Positions 1 to 10,886 are shown, counted from the whole stretch's first letter. The stretch: 63,374 nt of DNA, filler included, from Bacteriovoracaceae bacterium (GCA_018649885.1; 4 parts of 4 records of this genome joined end to end with filler, not necessarily neighbours in it), one strand, 5' to 3'. The notes: a model not told the origin generated them from the sequence alone. Numbers and translations are program-made.

Positions 1-140
1 GTCTTATCATCACAATAAAGCCTTCTTCTATTCACTTCATTGATGTGCCTCAGGAACTGACGAGTGGAGTATTCTTCTTTTTCATTCCACATTTTAGTGT
101 CTGCTATAAGTCTTTCATCTGATAAATTTTGTAGTGACAA
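1..140 (-). CDS. 5' part of a Bdellovibrionota-type multicopy HNH-endonuclease/DUF222-like protein (runs off window start)
   Basis: Not in ORF track. TTG at 140 preceded by GGGAGG RBS; reads LSLQNLSDERLIADTKMWNEKEEYSTRQFLRHINEVNRRRLYCDDK, resembling the N-terminus I recall for that family. The HNH domain itself is outside the window. Confidence 0.55.
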   Translation of the reverse strand, partial: MSLQNLSDERLIADTKMWNEKEEYSTRQFLRHINEVNRRRLYCDDK

Positions 141-305
141 GACGACCTCCCAGGTTGAAGTAACATACCATTTTGATCACGTTTATTAAACAAAAAGATT
201 CAACTTTGTCCCTTATGAAAACCTCCAAAGCTATTACAGGAACCGATCCCAAGCAACTAAAGATAACCAACCCTCTCAAAAAAAACTCAAAGAAATTCAA
301 ACACC

Positions 306-403
306 GCCTGCGACAAAACTACCCTGTGGGTAGTTTTGAAGCTGAGTGGAACACACCAAGAGAAGCAAGCTCCGCCGGAGTGGCCGTAAGGCGCGGCTTC
401 GCG
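306..403. repeat. GC-rich palindromic REP/MITE-like element
   Basis: GCCTGCGAC followed by hairpin CAAAACTACC-CTGTG-GGTAGTTTTG and a CTCCG-C-CGGAG stem; shares GCCTGCGAC and GCTCCGCYGGAG with 49334-49410. Confidence 0.45.
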
Positions 404-860
404 AATACCACCCATAAAACTCCGAACTCTCATCAAAGCTTCCATAAAAGAATTACTACCACCAAAAATAAACCTACCCCCGAGCGATACATCAATAAAA
501 GATCACACCTTTTAAAAATCTTCGCCTTGCCTGGGCGGCCCCGATAAAGCCCCACCTCTTCACTTACTAAAACTCACGATACTCCCAGGGCGTGCAAACT
601 CTCCCCAGTTTCCATCAGCGCAGACTCAACTCAATTTAGAGAGTATTACCCATGACTAGAGTGGGCACCGCTGTCAACGAAATTAAAGATGCAATCAGTA
701 TGGTGTGGCGCTTCGAGAGACAATTAACATTTAGAAAATCAAAAATAGCACCGACAATTTTGTATTTGAAAATGCAGGAGACGATAGCTTTGCTCTTTTT
801 GTCAGGGACTTATCACCAAGAGAAGAATCCTCCTTTTAAAGAGCTAACTGAATCGGTTAG

Positions 861-1196
861 TTATGCTACCAAATCACCTTCTTCAGCCTGGCAAGCACAC
901 TCTAACTCTTCTTTGCAGCACTGCTTTTTGGGAGTTTGAACTTGCGTGGTAACTTGTCCTCCAAGCAGAAGTTCTTCCGGAGAAATTCCCCACTTTTCAC
1001 ATTGAGCTTGAAGCTCAGGAGATATTTGATGAATGCTTATATTTCTTTTTAATAGAGCATCATCGAGCTGATCACTGGGGATCAAATCCTCAAGATCATA
1101 ATGGTAGGGTTTTTTGTATAAAAAGGTAAAAAAGAAAATTGCAGAGGGAATTATAAACGCTAGTGCTAGTGGCACAAAAATGTAGTAGTAATCCAT
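861..1196 (-). CDS. small membrane protein with Cys-rich C-terminus
   Basis: N-terminal TM helix (YIFVPLALAFIIPSAIFFFTFLY); likely ATG start at 1196. Confidence 0.6.
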   Translation of the reverse strand: MDYYYIFVPLALAFIIPSAIFFFTFLYKKPYHYDLEDLIPSDQLDDALLKRNISIHQISPELQAQCEKWGISPEELLLGGQVTTQVQTPKKQCCKEELECACQAEEGDLVA

Positions 1197-1444
1197 TAAG
1201 CTATCCCTTGTCTTCAAACTTAACTGAGTATAGCACTTAACTATTTTTTCTCAAATCTCTTTGGGATTTTAGCTAGTTACCAATGACTGATAAAAAGCTT
1301 TTTTTAAAGGCCGCCAAATTTCTGTGTTTACTCAAAAATAGTTATTTAAATTGGGGCCTTTCTGAGGCCCTGTTAGGGTCCCATCTTCCCGGTATGAGGG
1401 CATATGGCAATTTTGGGGGTAGACAATTATTTTCTTTTGAAATC

Positions 1445-1472
1445 TAAAGATGCCTCAATTATTTGGCGAAAA
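1445..1472 (+). promoter_or_regulatory. putative sigma28/FliA-type promoter
   Basis: TAAA-N16-GGCGAAAA upstream of the 1540 CDS; same spacing at 19702, 33586 and 46337. Confidence 0.35.
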
Positions 1473-1539
1473 GTTGAACGAGAGGTGAAGAAATCTGTGC
1501 CTTAATGGTTTTGGGATTTCATGGAGCTAAGTCTTAGGG

Positions 1540-4500
1540 ATGAGAAAGTATTTAGTATTTTTTATTTATTTAATTTTGATGATCTCACTCGGCTGCAATA
1601 AAGCAACCCAAAGTGCTGGTTGTGATAATGGTAAGGTCTATGATCCTGCCACTCGTGCCTGCGTAGAAAATGTTGTAGGCGAGGTGTTCTCTGATAATCA
1701 CAAGCCACTTGCCGGAGCCGTGTCTGAAGAATTTGTCACCGAAGATGTCATCTCACATTCTTTTGGCGTTCCTCCTGGATCTGATGAAGATGGGGACGTA
1801 CTAAGTTATTTCGTTGTTAGCTCTCCAAGTTATGGAACAATTGAAGATTGCATGAATGCTAGTGGATCAACGGGTCTTGGAGATCTTACTTGTACATATC
1901 TTCCTACTGCTGAGTTTGCCGGAACTGATTCATTTACCTACCGAATTCATGATGGCAAAGAATATGGCGCTAATTACGGAAGCATCACTTTTACTTTTAC
2001 AGGGTCCAATGATTCAGCAAGTTTTATTGCTTTTCCTACCGCAGATGCCACGGCCCAATACGAAGATACTCCAAATGCTATTGCATTTACTGTTGATGAA
2101 GGTGCTGGCGGAAGTGATGAAGATAACCAGGTCGTGACCATCACAGTTAATAACACTGGCAACACTGTTGTTGCACCAGAGTCGGCGATACTTATTTCCT
2201 GGAAAGCAACTCCCATAGGATACGCCAGTAACTCACCATTTGTTTTATGTGATGCAACTGTTGATTGCGGTAGTGGAGAGACCACTATTGATATTGTAAA
2301 TACCAGCAACACCAATACCTCTTCAGCATACTGGGGAGCAGGTTCTGCAATTTTAGACATAAAAGTTGAAGACAACCTTGGTGGCTCCACAACCTTAACA
2401 GCTATTTCAAGGGCAATCACCGCCGTTGATGATATTCCAATTTTTGATCCCGCAAATCCCACTCCCACGGCAATTGCCACAGCTACTGCCGATGAAGATG
2501 TGGGGATTGCACTGGTTATGACAGTCGATGAAGGTGGTTCGATTGATGAAGATGCAACCGATGATATAACTGTAACTGTTGAGGTTACTCCCAATACAGG
2601 CACCGCGATTCCATTGACTCAAATGTTTGTAGAGTTTGCAGGAGCTCCACTAGGGGACGCAAGTACTCCTAGAGCATTTGGCTCATCCGCAGTTGATGTC
2701 AGCTTAAATAGTATGACTTTATATATTACTCCTATTGCTGAATCTAGTGGGATTACAGATGTCGCCCTGACATTTACTGATAGTGGAGGTAATGCCATCA
2801 CTCAAAGTTTTAGTGTGGTGATAAACGATGTCAACGACGCTCCTGTCTTTACTACCGCACCTGCCGCCGCAACTGGAACACCTGTGGCCGGAGCAGAGGA
2901 TACTCCTCTTGCAATTGCATTTGGCATTGATGAAGGTGGCGGAAGTGATGAAGATATTCAAAATATGGAAATTATGGCAGAGGTTCAGGGGACCTGCGAG
3001 GTTTTTGAAAATAGTGACATTACTATCTCTGTTGCAGGGACTGCAGTTGCCACTGCGGGTGCTTGGTTAAGTGTTGATGCGGACTCAACCACTGATGCTT
3101 CGGGCATTGCTCTTGAAATGAGTATTGTTCCCAATAGTGATTACAACGGTGAATGTGGCATGTCTGTCTCAATAAATGATGATATTTTGGGAACTCCTGA
3201 AGCGGTGGCCACCTTTGGTGTAAAGTTCGCCGAAGAGGATGACGCTCCAACAATTGCTACTCCAGCTGCTACTTATTCAATCAACGAGGGGACAGAAATT
3301 AGAAGTATCTCTCTTGCTGTTGATGAGGGGGGACGCTCGGGAGGAGCAGCTGCCACACCTATTGATGAAGATGCACAAGATTTAAGTATCAAGGTTACAA
3401 GTGATGATTTATCTCTTCTTCCCAATAATCGTATTAAGCTTCACTACTATAATGGCTCCGATTTTTATTATGATGGAGTTGGTTACGACTCTCTTGGGGA
3501 TATGACTGACGATCACGGGACTACTGAGCTTAAAATGCACTTATGGCCGGTGGAAGGTTATAACGGCACTGTCAATGTAACGGTTGAAATTTCAGATACA
3601 ACTAGTACTGCTTCTACCACTGTTACTCTTGTAGTGAATGATAACTCCTATACCATGGGATATTGGACAAAAATTAATGCCAGTGGCGGTATTGTCGATG
3701 CCATGGGGACACCTGATAGTACGGCAGTACCGCAAGTTGATCTTGCTTGGGACGTTCCGACTCCCAATGGAACTAGTAATACTTTGATGGGTTACAACGT
3801 CTATAGGGTTCAACAAGAAAAGGCCAATGTATACGATTTCGACTTAGATGCTCCAGTAAACTCGACACCATTGAGTTCCGCTGAATTAGCTGATGTTACA
3901 GTTACTCCTGGCACCATCTATCACTATATGGCCTTACCAGTAAATACGGCTAATCAAAAAGAGACGATGGTCTACAATGATGACAGGATTATTCGAGTTG
4001 TAGTCCCACCTGAAAACCAAGTTCTTGTTCATAGAATGATGGCCAATAAAGAGTTTTGCGATATTCAAGGTTCAACCGTTGAGCGGGGGGCGCACTATCG
4101 TTGTCCTTATGAAGGGCTTGGAGAAGTAGTCGATGGTGGCAGCTACTTTTATGATATTGAATACGATTTATTAGTGGATAAGTTTGAGGCCGGATGTAAT
4201 TATGGCCGTGCTGAAAATAGTGAGTGTATGGAAAAATCTCAAGGCTGTCTTGATATGGTCGATCCCTACGCCACACCTGTTTCTGCTTCACCCGGAACTC
4301 TTTATTATGACAGATCCACGGCTAAATGTTGGGTAAATACGGATGGGGCCTATACTTGGAAAAATAATGCCTGTGAATATGGAACTTCTACGTGTGATTC
4401 ATTTGGCACTATTGGAAATTGCATTGATAACACAGCTGCTTTTGATCCAAGTGCATCCTTAATTGCAGCATCAACTTCAACGTTATTTCTTGCTTCAGAA

Positions 4501-5619
4501 ACTGGAGCGGAGACATGCTATGAAAATACAGATGGGGCAACTACCTGGACTTCATCAAACACTGCGATGAAGAAAATTCTCTATAATGTCAGTGTCAATG
4601 ATTACGGAGTGAATACATTTAATCGCGGCTCTCTACCACCTCTTGCTTACTTTTCTCAATTGCAGGCAAACACAATGTGTGCAGGTAGCCAGATTGCTAT
4701 TAGCAATCACTCTTCATCACCATTTACTATGAGACTTCCCAATAGAGAAGAGCAGGTGGCCTATGGAAAATGGGACTCATCTATCACTATTAGTAGTATT
4801 GAGGGAACAGGAGATTTAACTGATGCATCAGGGCCTTGTAATACTGATACTGACAATAAATTAACTTATATAAATTCCCCTGCGCCCACTAGTTTGTTGT
4901 GGGATGGATTGCCGGCCACAGACGCAGCAAAGGTTACTATCGAAGGAACGTCCACCTCGCTTAGATCAGTTATTACAAATTCTACCGCCACCAAAGGTTG
5001 TGAGAGTTTTTATGGAGTTAGAGATCATGTGGGGAACTTAAGTGAGTGGGGTGATGAGCTCTTTTCAGCTTATGGTTGCGAAACGAGTGGAGCAACTATT
5101 GGTAGAAATTGTACTGACTTCGATTCAACTGCATTGGCTTCTGGGACTCCAGAAGCTGATTATTGGACTATCAATAGTGGTGGCGCCGCCAATTATAATT
5201 TTGAGTCAAGTGGACTAATGATTGGGCCTTCGGCATTATCAACAATAGATCCCAATAGGGCCTGGGTATTGTCTGCTGGACCAGCTGATAGTGCAAATCA
5301 ATATGATGGATTGTACCAATCTTACGGTCTTCCGACTCTTTATGCGGATGTTGGTCTACCTGCCTCGGTAGGAACTCCTATTTCTCTCAGTGCCGCTGCT
5401 GCCATTATGAGTAATGATGCCTTTGAATTCAGTAATGATTTTAACGTTGGAAGTGGTAGTGCTATTACAGATTTAAGTGGCTCTCAATCAACCGGAGGAT
5501 CTTATTTTAATAATGGAGGCTCTTCCGACTCGTCGGGAAGGTATTCCATAAAGATCATAAGAAAATTTGAAAATCGCCCAGACACTGGGTTTAGGTGTGT
5601 TGCACCTGTTGGATATTAA
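1540..5619 (+). CDS. large surface lipoprotein: Big_9/cadherin-like Ig repeats, FN3-like domain, C-terminal FGE-sulfatase (C-type lectin-like) fold
   Basis: Lipobox SLGC; repeated DEGG..DED and vNDAP motifs; GYNVYR; YGVRDHVGNLSEW...GFRCV FGE signature. Confidence 0.8.
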   Translation: MRKYLVFFIYLILMISLGCNKATQSAGCDNGKVYDPATRACVENVVGEVFSDNHKPLAGAVSEEFVTEDVISHSFGVPPGSDEDGDVLSYFVVSSPSYGTIEDCMNASGSTGLGDLTCTYLPTAEFAGTDSFTYRIHDGKEYGANYGSITFTFTGSNDSASFIAFPTADATAQYEDTPNAIAFTVDEGAGGSDEDNQVVTITVNNTGNTVVAPESAILISWKATPIGYASNSPFVLCDATVDCGSGETTIDIVNTSNTNTSSAYWGAGSAILDIKVEDNLGGSTTLTAISRAITAVDDIPIFDPANPTPTAIATATADEDVGIALVMTVDEGGSIDEDATDDITVTVEVTPNTGTAIPLTQMFVEFAGAPLGDASTPRAFGSSAVDVSLNSMTLYITPIAESSGITDVALTFTDSGGNAITQSFSVVINDVNDAPVFTTAPAAATGTPVAGAEDTPLAIAFGIDEGGGSDEDIQNMEIMAEVQGTCEVFENSDITISVAGTAVATAGAWLSVDADSTTDASGIALEMSIVPNSDYNGECGMSVSINDDILGTPEAVATFGVKFAEEDDAPTIATPAATYSINEGTEIRSISLAVDEGGRSGGAAATPIDEDAQDLSIKVTSDDLSLLPNNRIKLHYYNGSDFYYDGVGYDSLGDMTDDHGTTELKMHLWPVEGYNGTVNVTVEISDTTSTASTTVTLVVNDNSYTMGYWTKINASGGIVDAMGTPDSTAVPQVDLAWDVPTPNGTSNTLMGYNVYRVQQEKANVYDFDLDAPVNSTPLSSAELADVTVTPGTIYHYMALPVNTANQKETMVYNDDRIIRVVVPPENQVLVHRMMANKEFCDIQGSTVERGAHYRCPYEGLGEVVDGGSYFYDIEYDLLVDKFEAGCNYGRAENSECMEKSQGCLDMVDPYATPVSASPGTLYYDRSTAKCWVNTDGAYTWKNNACEYGTSTCDSFGTIGNCIDNTAAFDPSASLIAASTSTLFLASETGAETCYENTDGATTWTSSNTAMKKILYNVSVNDYGVNTFNRGSLPPLAYFSQLQANTMCAGSQIAISNHSSSPFTMRLPNREEQVAYGKWDSSITISSIEGTGDLTDASGPCNTDTDNKLTYINSPAPTSLLWDGLPATDAAKVTIEGTSTSLRSVITNSTATKGCESFYGVRDHVGNLSEWGDELFSAYGCETSGATIGRNCTDFDSTALASGTPEADYWTINSGGAANYNFESSGLMIGPSALSTIDPNRAWVLSAGPADSANQYDGLYQSYGLPTLYADVGLPASVGTPISLSAAAAIMSNDAFEFSNDFNVGSGSAITDLSGSQSTGGSYFNNGGSSDSSGRYSIKIIRKFENRPDTGFRCVAPVGY

Positions 5620-5620
5620 T

Positions 5621-8600
5621 ATGGGTAAAAGAGTGCACATTCACTTTTTGATTATCATGCTGCTAGCATCTGCTTGCTTTAATGATAAAAGTGGAGTTGT
5701 GTGCTCAGGTGGTCAAACTTGGGATGGGGCCTTACGCTCTTGTGTTAAAGGAACTGCCGCTCTTGAGGGAACTCCCAATCATATGCCCAACGTGGGACCC
5801 GATCAAGTTGAAGCTGCCTACGAAGATACTCCCTACGCCTTCACATTGAGTACGGGGAGTGATCAAGATAACAATCCGATTACTTATGCTATAGCGACTG
5901 CCCCAGCTAATGGAACTCTGGCCGATTGTATGGATCTTAGTGGTTCTAGTGCACTTGATGATTTGAGTTGTACCTACACCAGTAGTGATGATTACAATGG
6001 CTCAGATACTTTTAGCTATATGGCAAGTGATGGACAAGATGATTCAATTTCTCTGGCCACTGTTGTAGTAACTGTTATTGCCGTTGACGATCCTCCAGAG
6101 TTTACTGGGCCTACTCCTTCAGTGACCATGGAAGAAAGTGCGCCAACCCCTCCTACTTATGAGAGCGTTTTCTTTTATCCTGCCGAAGGTGGATCTAGTG
6201 ATGAAGATACCCAGGGACTAAGTATTTCTCTTGAGAGCTCTGATGTCACAGTGGTAGATCCTACCGAAATTTTAATTAGCTATGATGCTACTCCTATTGG
6301 AACCAGTGGTGGTCCAGCCGATTATATTGACATAACAGACAGTACAGCAGATGCAGAGCTTCTAAAAATAAAGCTTGATATAAAGCCAGTTGATTTTGCC
6401 AATGGGACTGTCACACTGACTGTTAGATTAAATGATGGGACCAACATCACAAGCGATACCATTACTATTACTGTTGATGAGTTAGATAACGAACCGTATA
6501 TCATAAATTTTCCAACACCTTCGACAGCTACCGAGGGAACCCCTATCTCAGTTGGTTCTTGGTTTGCAGATGAAGGGGGCGGGCTCGATGGAGCTGCTGG
6601 AGACGAAGAGGACCAGGATCTGACAGTTCAAATTACTTCGCAAAGCTCAGACTTTACCGATGCTACTGATATTAGTATTAACGGTGGCTCTTATACCGGA
6701 GTTGTAGTCAATACCGGAGTAGGTGATGATGCTAAGGATGATCCCTTTGGTGTGGTGATTTCTCCATTAACAAAACCCGATGCCAATGGAACTTATACTT
6801 TTGATCTAGAGATTACTGATGGAGTTGAGACTTATAATGGAAGTTTTGATGTGGTGATTACCGCTGTCAATGATGTCCCACTTATTTGTGATCACTCAGG
6901 TGGCGCCTTCACTGGAGAGCCCTCTACTTGTGCAGCTATATCTGACCCCACATCTGTGGCAGAAGATACGGGAATTGGTGGATATGAGTTTTTAGTTGAT
7001 GAGGGAGGAGATTCCTTTGAAGATTCACAAGAGCTTACTGTAAAAGTCGAATCCCAAAATACAACAATTATTGCAGATAGCGATATCTTCATTGCTTGGG
7101 GAGCAGCTACTGCAGTTGGTGGAACAGATTTGGCACTTGCCGATGGAACTGCAGATGCCTCTGATACACCTATTGCTATTTATGTTACACCTCAGGCCAA
7201 TGTTAACACGGCACTTTCAGGACCGGTTCCACTTAAGATTACTGTCACCGATGATGAAGGTGGATCTACTACTGGAACAGTTAATATAGAAATCGCTGCC
7301 GTTAATGACACTCCCACTTTTACACCTGACGCTGACTATGCAACAGATGGCATTGTCGCCAATGAAGGTGGCTATATTTACAATGTTGGGTTTACCATTG
7401 ATGAGGGTGGGGGAAGTGATGAAGACCTTCAAAGTTTAGTATTAACACTTGCAAGCTCCAACACTCAGCTCTTTCCAGCGTCAAATCTCGATACGACATT
7501 TTATGATATGAGCACGGCCTTAACTGGGGATATGACTCCTATGGACTGGAACGATTCAGTTAACGATGCCTCAGATACTGGTAAAAAAGTCGTTTTAACC
7601 CTTCAGCCCGATGCTCATTACGTTGGGAGCTCCACCATCACTTTGACAGTTGATGATCAAAATGGAGGAGTCAATACTTATTCATTTGATGTGGAGGTGA
7701 GAGCGATCTCCGCCGTTCATAATGGCTGGGAAAATGTGAAATCCCTTGGTTCGGCCACTGATAGTGAGGCCAATACGATTGCAACCGCATATGTAGAACT
7801 TGAATGGAATGAAATGGCCATGTATGGGGGAACTCCTTCGGCCTATAATATCTACCGAGCAGAAGGTCCAGATCTCACCGACTTTAATTTTGCAACTCCT
7901 ATTGCCACAGTTTTGGCAGCAGAAGTTTCGACCACTGGAAGCTATACAGATGGAACTGTCACTGACGGTACAATGTATTGGTATGTGGTGGCACCGGTTG
8001 ATAATAATTCAACCCCTGCTTACACAATGCCTCAAGGCCTAGATAGCATTATCAGAGTTGTAGTTCCTCCCACAAATATGGCCTTAGTCCATAGATGGAT
8101 TGGAAATAAAGAAATGTGTACGATGATGGGTGAAACCCCTGATAGAACCCAAAATTATCGTTGTCCTTACTACGGACCAGAAGATATTTTAGATGGTACT
8201 GACCACTATTTTGATCTCACAACGGATGTTGTAGTCGATCAATTTGAAGCTGGATGTAATTACGCCAAGGCCGGCTCTGGTGAATGTACTGATGGAGCAA
8301 ACCCTGAGGGTTGTATTGCCATAGGGCCTCCTATTGGGACAGCTAACTACTCAGCTTCAGCGGGAAGTTTGTACTGGGATCGGGCTGCAGGAGAGTGTCA
8401 TATCTACAACGGCACGGCCTGGGAAAATCTCAATACAACTGAGTACAATGGCGGCACTATGACCACAGGTATGGTCGATAATGGGACCATTGATTGGGGA
8501 GACACTGTTTTTAATCAAGCTCACCTTCCACCTCTAAATCGTGTGAGTCAATCGCAGGCCAGTTCATTTTGTGCTGATGGTAATGATGATTTTACTCTGA

Positions 8601-9565
8601 CAAATGACCCCAATGCCTCAACCTATAGAAGGCAGCTGCCAAAAAGAATGCATCAAATTATTGCAACGGCTTGGCCCACGGCCACAATATCCGTTTCAGC
8701 AACCTATGAAGGCGGCGCTAATCTCGATACCACTTTTTATTGCAATACCAATCTTGGCGATGGCCTTACCTATACCAGTGACCAGGTTCCACCAAGTGAG
8801 TTGATTGATACTCTTCCTGCAACAGATGCTTCAACTGTCAAAATGGTTAGGACAGGATCGACGGCGACCTCAGCATGTAAGTCGAGATACGGAATTCAAG
8901 ATATGATTGGAAATGTGAAAGAGTGGTCTATTGAGCAGTTTACCTGTACAGGTGCTCCTCCAGGTGGATCGTGCTCTAACCCAGTCCCCGTCGATGGCTC
9001 TAGTGCCAATGCATTTGAGAGTACGGCTGCAATTGATAGCGGTGGGACAGAATTATTTTATGAATTTGATGGATATTCAGGTCCCTGTGCTGACGATGTT
9101 GCTAGTGATGAGGATTGTGATGATGGACATATGGCCAATATTCCTTGGTCATTATTGTCAGCATTGTCTCCAGATACTACCAAAATTTATTTTCCGGTAG
9201 GGCTTCCAGGTGATTCAGATGCAAGTCTTAATCACTCACCCGTCCAAAATGCCTTAACTGATTTGACCTCTAGCTCACTTGATAACGGTGACTATCTCTT
9301 TATCGGGGCCAATGGAATTTCACTTACCCAACTCGATGATGGCGCCGGTGCTGATACAGGTTCCGATGTCGCTGGGGTAACTTTTGGCGGAAGCTATTTG
9401 ACCGAGTCCCTTAGTAGTGGTGCTGCTGGTAGATGGTATCTTAAGCTAGAGGCCACAAGTAAGGACGGCGCTCCCGACTTAGTGGCCAATCCCACACCTG
9501 TTGCCAGCCAAACAGGGCCTCAAGATGACACAGGTTTTAGATGCGTCGCACCTGTGGGGTATTAG
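5621..9565 (+). CDS. tandem paralog of the 1540-5619 lipoprotein (Ig-like repeats + FN3 + FGE-like domain)
   Basis: ATG at 5621, 1 nt after the upstream stop; lipobox ASAC; YGIQDMIGNVKEW...DTGFRCVAPVGY, with C-terminus identical to the paralog. Confidence 0.8.
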   Translation: MGKRVHIHFLIIMLLASACFNDKSGVVCSGGQTWDGALRSCVKGTAALEGTPNHMPNVGPDQVEAAYEDTPYAFTLSTGSDQDNNPITYAIATAPANGTLADCMDLSGSSALDDLSCTYTSSDDYNGSDTFSYMASDGQDDSISLATVVVTVIAVDDPPEFTGPTPSVTMEESAPTPPTYESVFFYPAEGGSSDEDTQGLSISLESSDVTVVDPTEILISYDATPIGTSGGPADYIDITDSTADAELLKIKLDIKPVDFANGTVTLTVRLNDGTNITSDTITITVDELDNEPYIINFPTPSTATEGTPISVGSWFADEGGGLDGAAGDEEDQDLTVQITSQSSDFTDATDISINGGSYTGVVVNTGVGDDAKDDPFGVVISPLTKPDANGTYTFDLEITDGVETYNGSFDVVITAVNDVPLICDHSGGAFTGEPSTCAAISDPTSVAEDTGIGGYEFLVDEGGDSFEDSQELTVKVESQNTTIIADSDIFIAWGAATAVGGTDLALADGTADASDTPIAIYVTPQANVNTALSGPVPLKITVTDDEGGSTTGTVNIEIAAVNDTPTFTPDADYATDGIVANEGGYIYNVGFTIDEGGGSDEDLQSLVLTLASSNTQLFPASNLDTTFYDMSTALTGDMTPMDWNDSVNDASDTGKKVVLTLQPDAHYVGSSTITLTVDDQNGGVNTYSFDVEVRAISAVHNGWENVKSLGSATDSEANTIATAYVELEWNEMAMYGGTPSAYNIYRAEGPDLTDFNFATPIATVLAAEVSTTGSYTDGTVTDGTMYWYVVAPVDNNSTPAYTMPQGLDSIIRVVVPPTNMALVHRWIGNKEMCTMMGETPDRTQNYRCPYYGPEDILDGTDHYFDLTTDVVVDQFEAGCNYAKAGSGECTDGANPEGCIAIGPPIGTANYSASAGSLYWDRAAGECHIYNGTAWENLNTTEYNGGTMTTGMVDNGTIDWGDTVFNQAHLPPLNRVSQSQASSFCADGNDDFTLTNDPNASTYRRQLPKRMHQIIATAWPTATISVSATYEGGANLDTTFYCNTNLGDGLTYTSDQVPPSELIDTLPATDASTVKMVRTGSTATSACKSRYGIQDMIGNVKEWSIEQFTCTGAPPGGSCSNPVPVDGSSANAFESTAAIDSGGTELFYEFDGYSGPCADDVASDEDCDDGHMANIPWSLLSALSPDTTKIYFPVGLPGDSDASLNHSPVQNALTDLTSSSLDNGDYLFIGANGISLTQLDDGAGADTGSDVAGVTFGGSYLTESLSSGAAGRWYLKLEATSKDGAPDLVANPTPVASQTGPQDDTGFRCVAPVGY

Positions 9566-9567
9566 AA

Positions 9568-9921
9568 ATGATCAAATCACTATTTTTGATGCTTTGCCTT
9601 TTCACCGTTAGTGAAACTGTGTGGGCCGAAGGTACTCATTGCCTCAAGGCCGAAAGACCAAAGCCTAGACCCAAAACTTGTGACGCTGTATTTGAGCATC
9701 ATAAAAAGCTGATGGTCGACGTAAAGACCTGCAAGAAGGATGAGTGCTGTCTTTATCACTATTATTATTTGATTAAGTACGAAAGAAAATGGGCGAGAAA
9801 GCTGAGGTGTCGATATTCTCATCCAGAGCTAGTGCGAAGACTTCGAGACGATAGAGAGAGTATAAAAAAACAGAGAAAAAAAATCAGGCATGCAAAAAAT
9901 CAGAAAGCGTCTCAGAAATAA
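9568..9921 (+). CDS. small secreted Cys-rich basic protein
   Basis: Signal peptide (MIKSLFLMLCLFTVSETVWA); ATG 2 nt after the upstream stop; 6 Cys in the mature part. Confidence 0.6.
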   Translation: MIKSLFLMLCLFTVSETVWAEGTHCLKAERPKPRPKTCDAVFEHHKKLMVDVKTCKKDECCLYHYYYLIKYERKWARKLRCRYSHPELVRRLRDDRESIKKQRKKIRHAKNQKASQK

Positions 9922-10004
9922 TCAAAATCACATTTTTCTTTAATTTACATTTGAAGCATCCAAAAATATAATGCTTTCACTGTCTGGCGAATATTCGCAC
10001 TACA

Positions 10005-10886
10005 GTGGGGTCGCTCGTGTTTGGATTTACAAATCGCAATAAAGAAAACAGTACCGCTGTTGAAAAGGGCAAGGTAATTGCGCTTCTCAACCAAAAAGGT
10101 GGAGTCGGTAAAACTACCATGGCCTACAATCTGGCCTTCGCTCTCGCCACCACTGGCAAAAAGGTGCTATGCATCGATTTTGACCCACAGGCCAATTTAA
10201 CTCATTTGTTTGGTGGACTCGAAGAAAACAAAGATAGTGTCTCTATTTTTCAAATGCTTATCAACTCCATTAAGGAACTTAAAAAGTTGCACACTGCAGC
10301 CTTCTTGAGCGATGCCATCCTCGAAAAAGGACCAGTGGACTTGATTGCCTCCTCTCAGGAGCTTTCGGGATTCGACTTAACTGTGGCCGGGATTAACCGT
10401 CCAAGGCAGATGATCCTCAAAAACTTCATTGATAAAAATGGACTGACTGATATTTACGACTACATCGTTATTGATGGACCACCTACGCTAGGTCTTTTGG
10501 TTGTGAATATTCTATGTGCTGCAAACGGAGTTTTAATTCCTTTTCAGGCAGATCAATTCAGTCGCGTAGGTCTCGAGCACTTTCACCAAACCTTGGAAGA
10601 TATTGATGATATGGGACTTGTGCCCTCTCCCAAGATAATTGGTTATATTCCCAATCTGGTAGATCAAAGAAGAAAACAAACAAAAGAAGATTTTAGTGCC
10701 ATAAAAAATGATCTTGGTATGAGTAATATTACAGCACGTATATTCGATCCGTTTTTCAATAGAGCTTCCCTTTCAAAGGCAGGCTCTCTTGGTAAATCGG
10801 TTTTTGAATTTAAAAATAAAGATTTCATGGAGTTGCAAAAGCAGTTTGAGAATATGGCGATCCATATTCAGGAGACACTTGAATGA
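10005..10886 (+). CDS. ParA/Soj-family ATPase (orphan)
   Basis: Deviant Walker A KGGVGKTT, CIDFDPQAN, YIVIDGPPTLG. Confidence 0.9.
   Translation: MGSLVFGFTNRNKENSTAVEKGKVIALLNQKGGVGKTTMAYNLAFALATTGKKVLCIDFDPQANLTHLFGGLEENKDSVSIFQMLINSIKELKKLHTAAFLSDAILEKGPVDLIASSQELSGFDLTVAGINRPRQMILKNFIDKNGLTDIYDYIVIDGPPTLGLLVVNILCAANGVLIPFQADQFSRVGLEHFHQTLEDIDDMGLVPSPKIIGYIPNLVDQRRKQTKEDFSAIKNDLGMSNITARIFDPFFNRASLSKAGSLGKSVFEFKNKDFMELQKQFENMAIHIQETLE

Noticed and set aside
173..939. ORFs 173-547, 115-300 and 652-939
   Set aside because: No RBS or recognisable motifs; they overlap palindromic DNA or better-supported opposite-strand genes.
1540..9565. Diversity-generating retroelement targeting the FGE-like C-termini
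   Set aside because: No reverse transcriptase and no template repeat with adenine-specific mismatches seen in the window; the paralog C-termini differ at ordinary synonymous sites.
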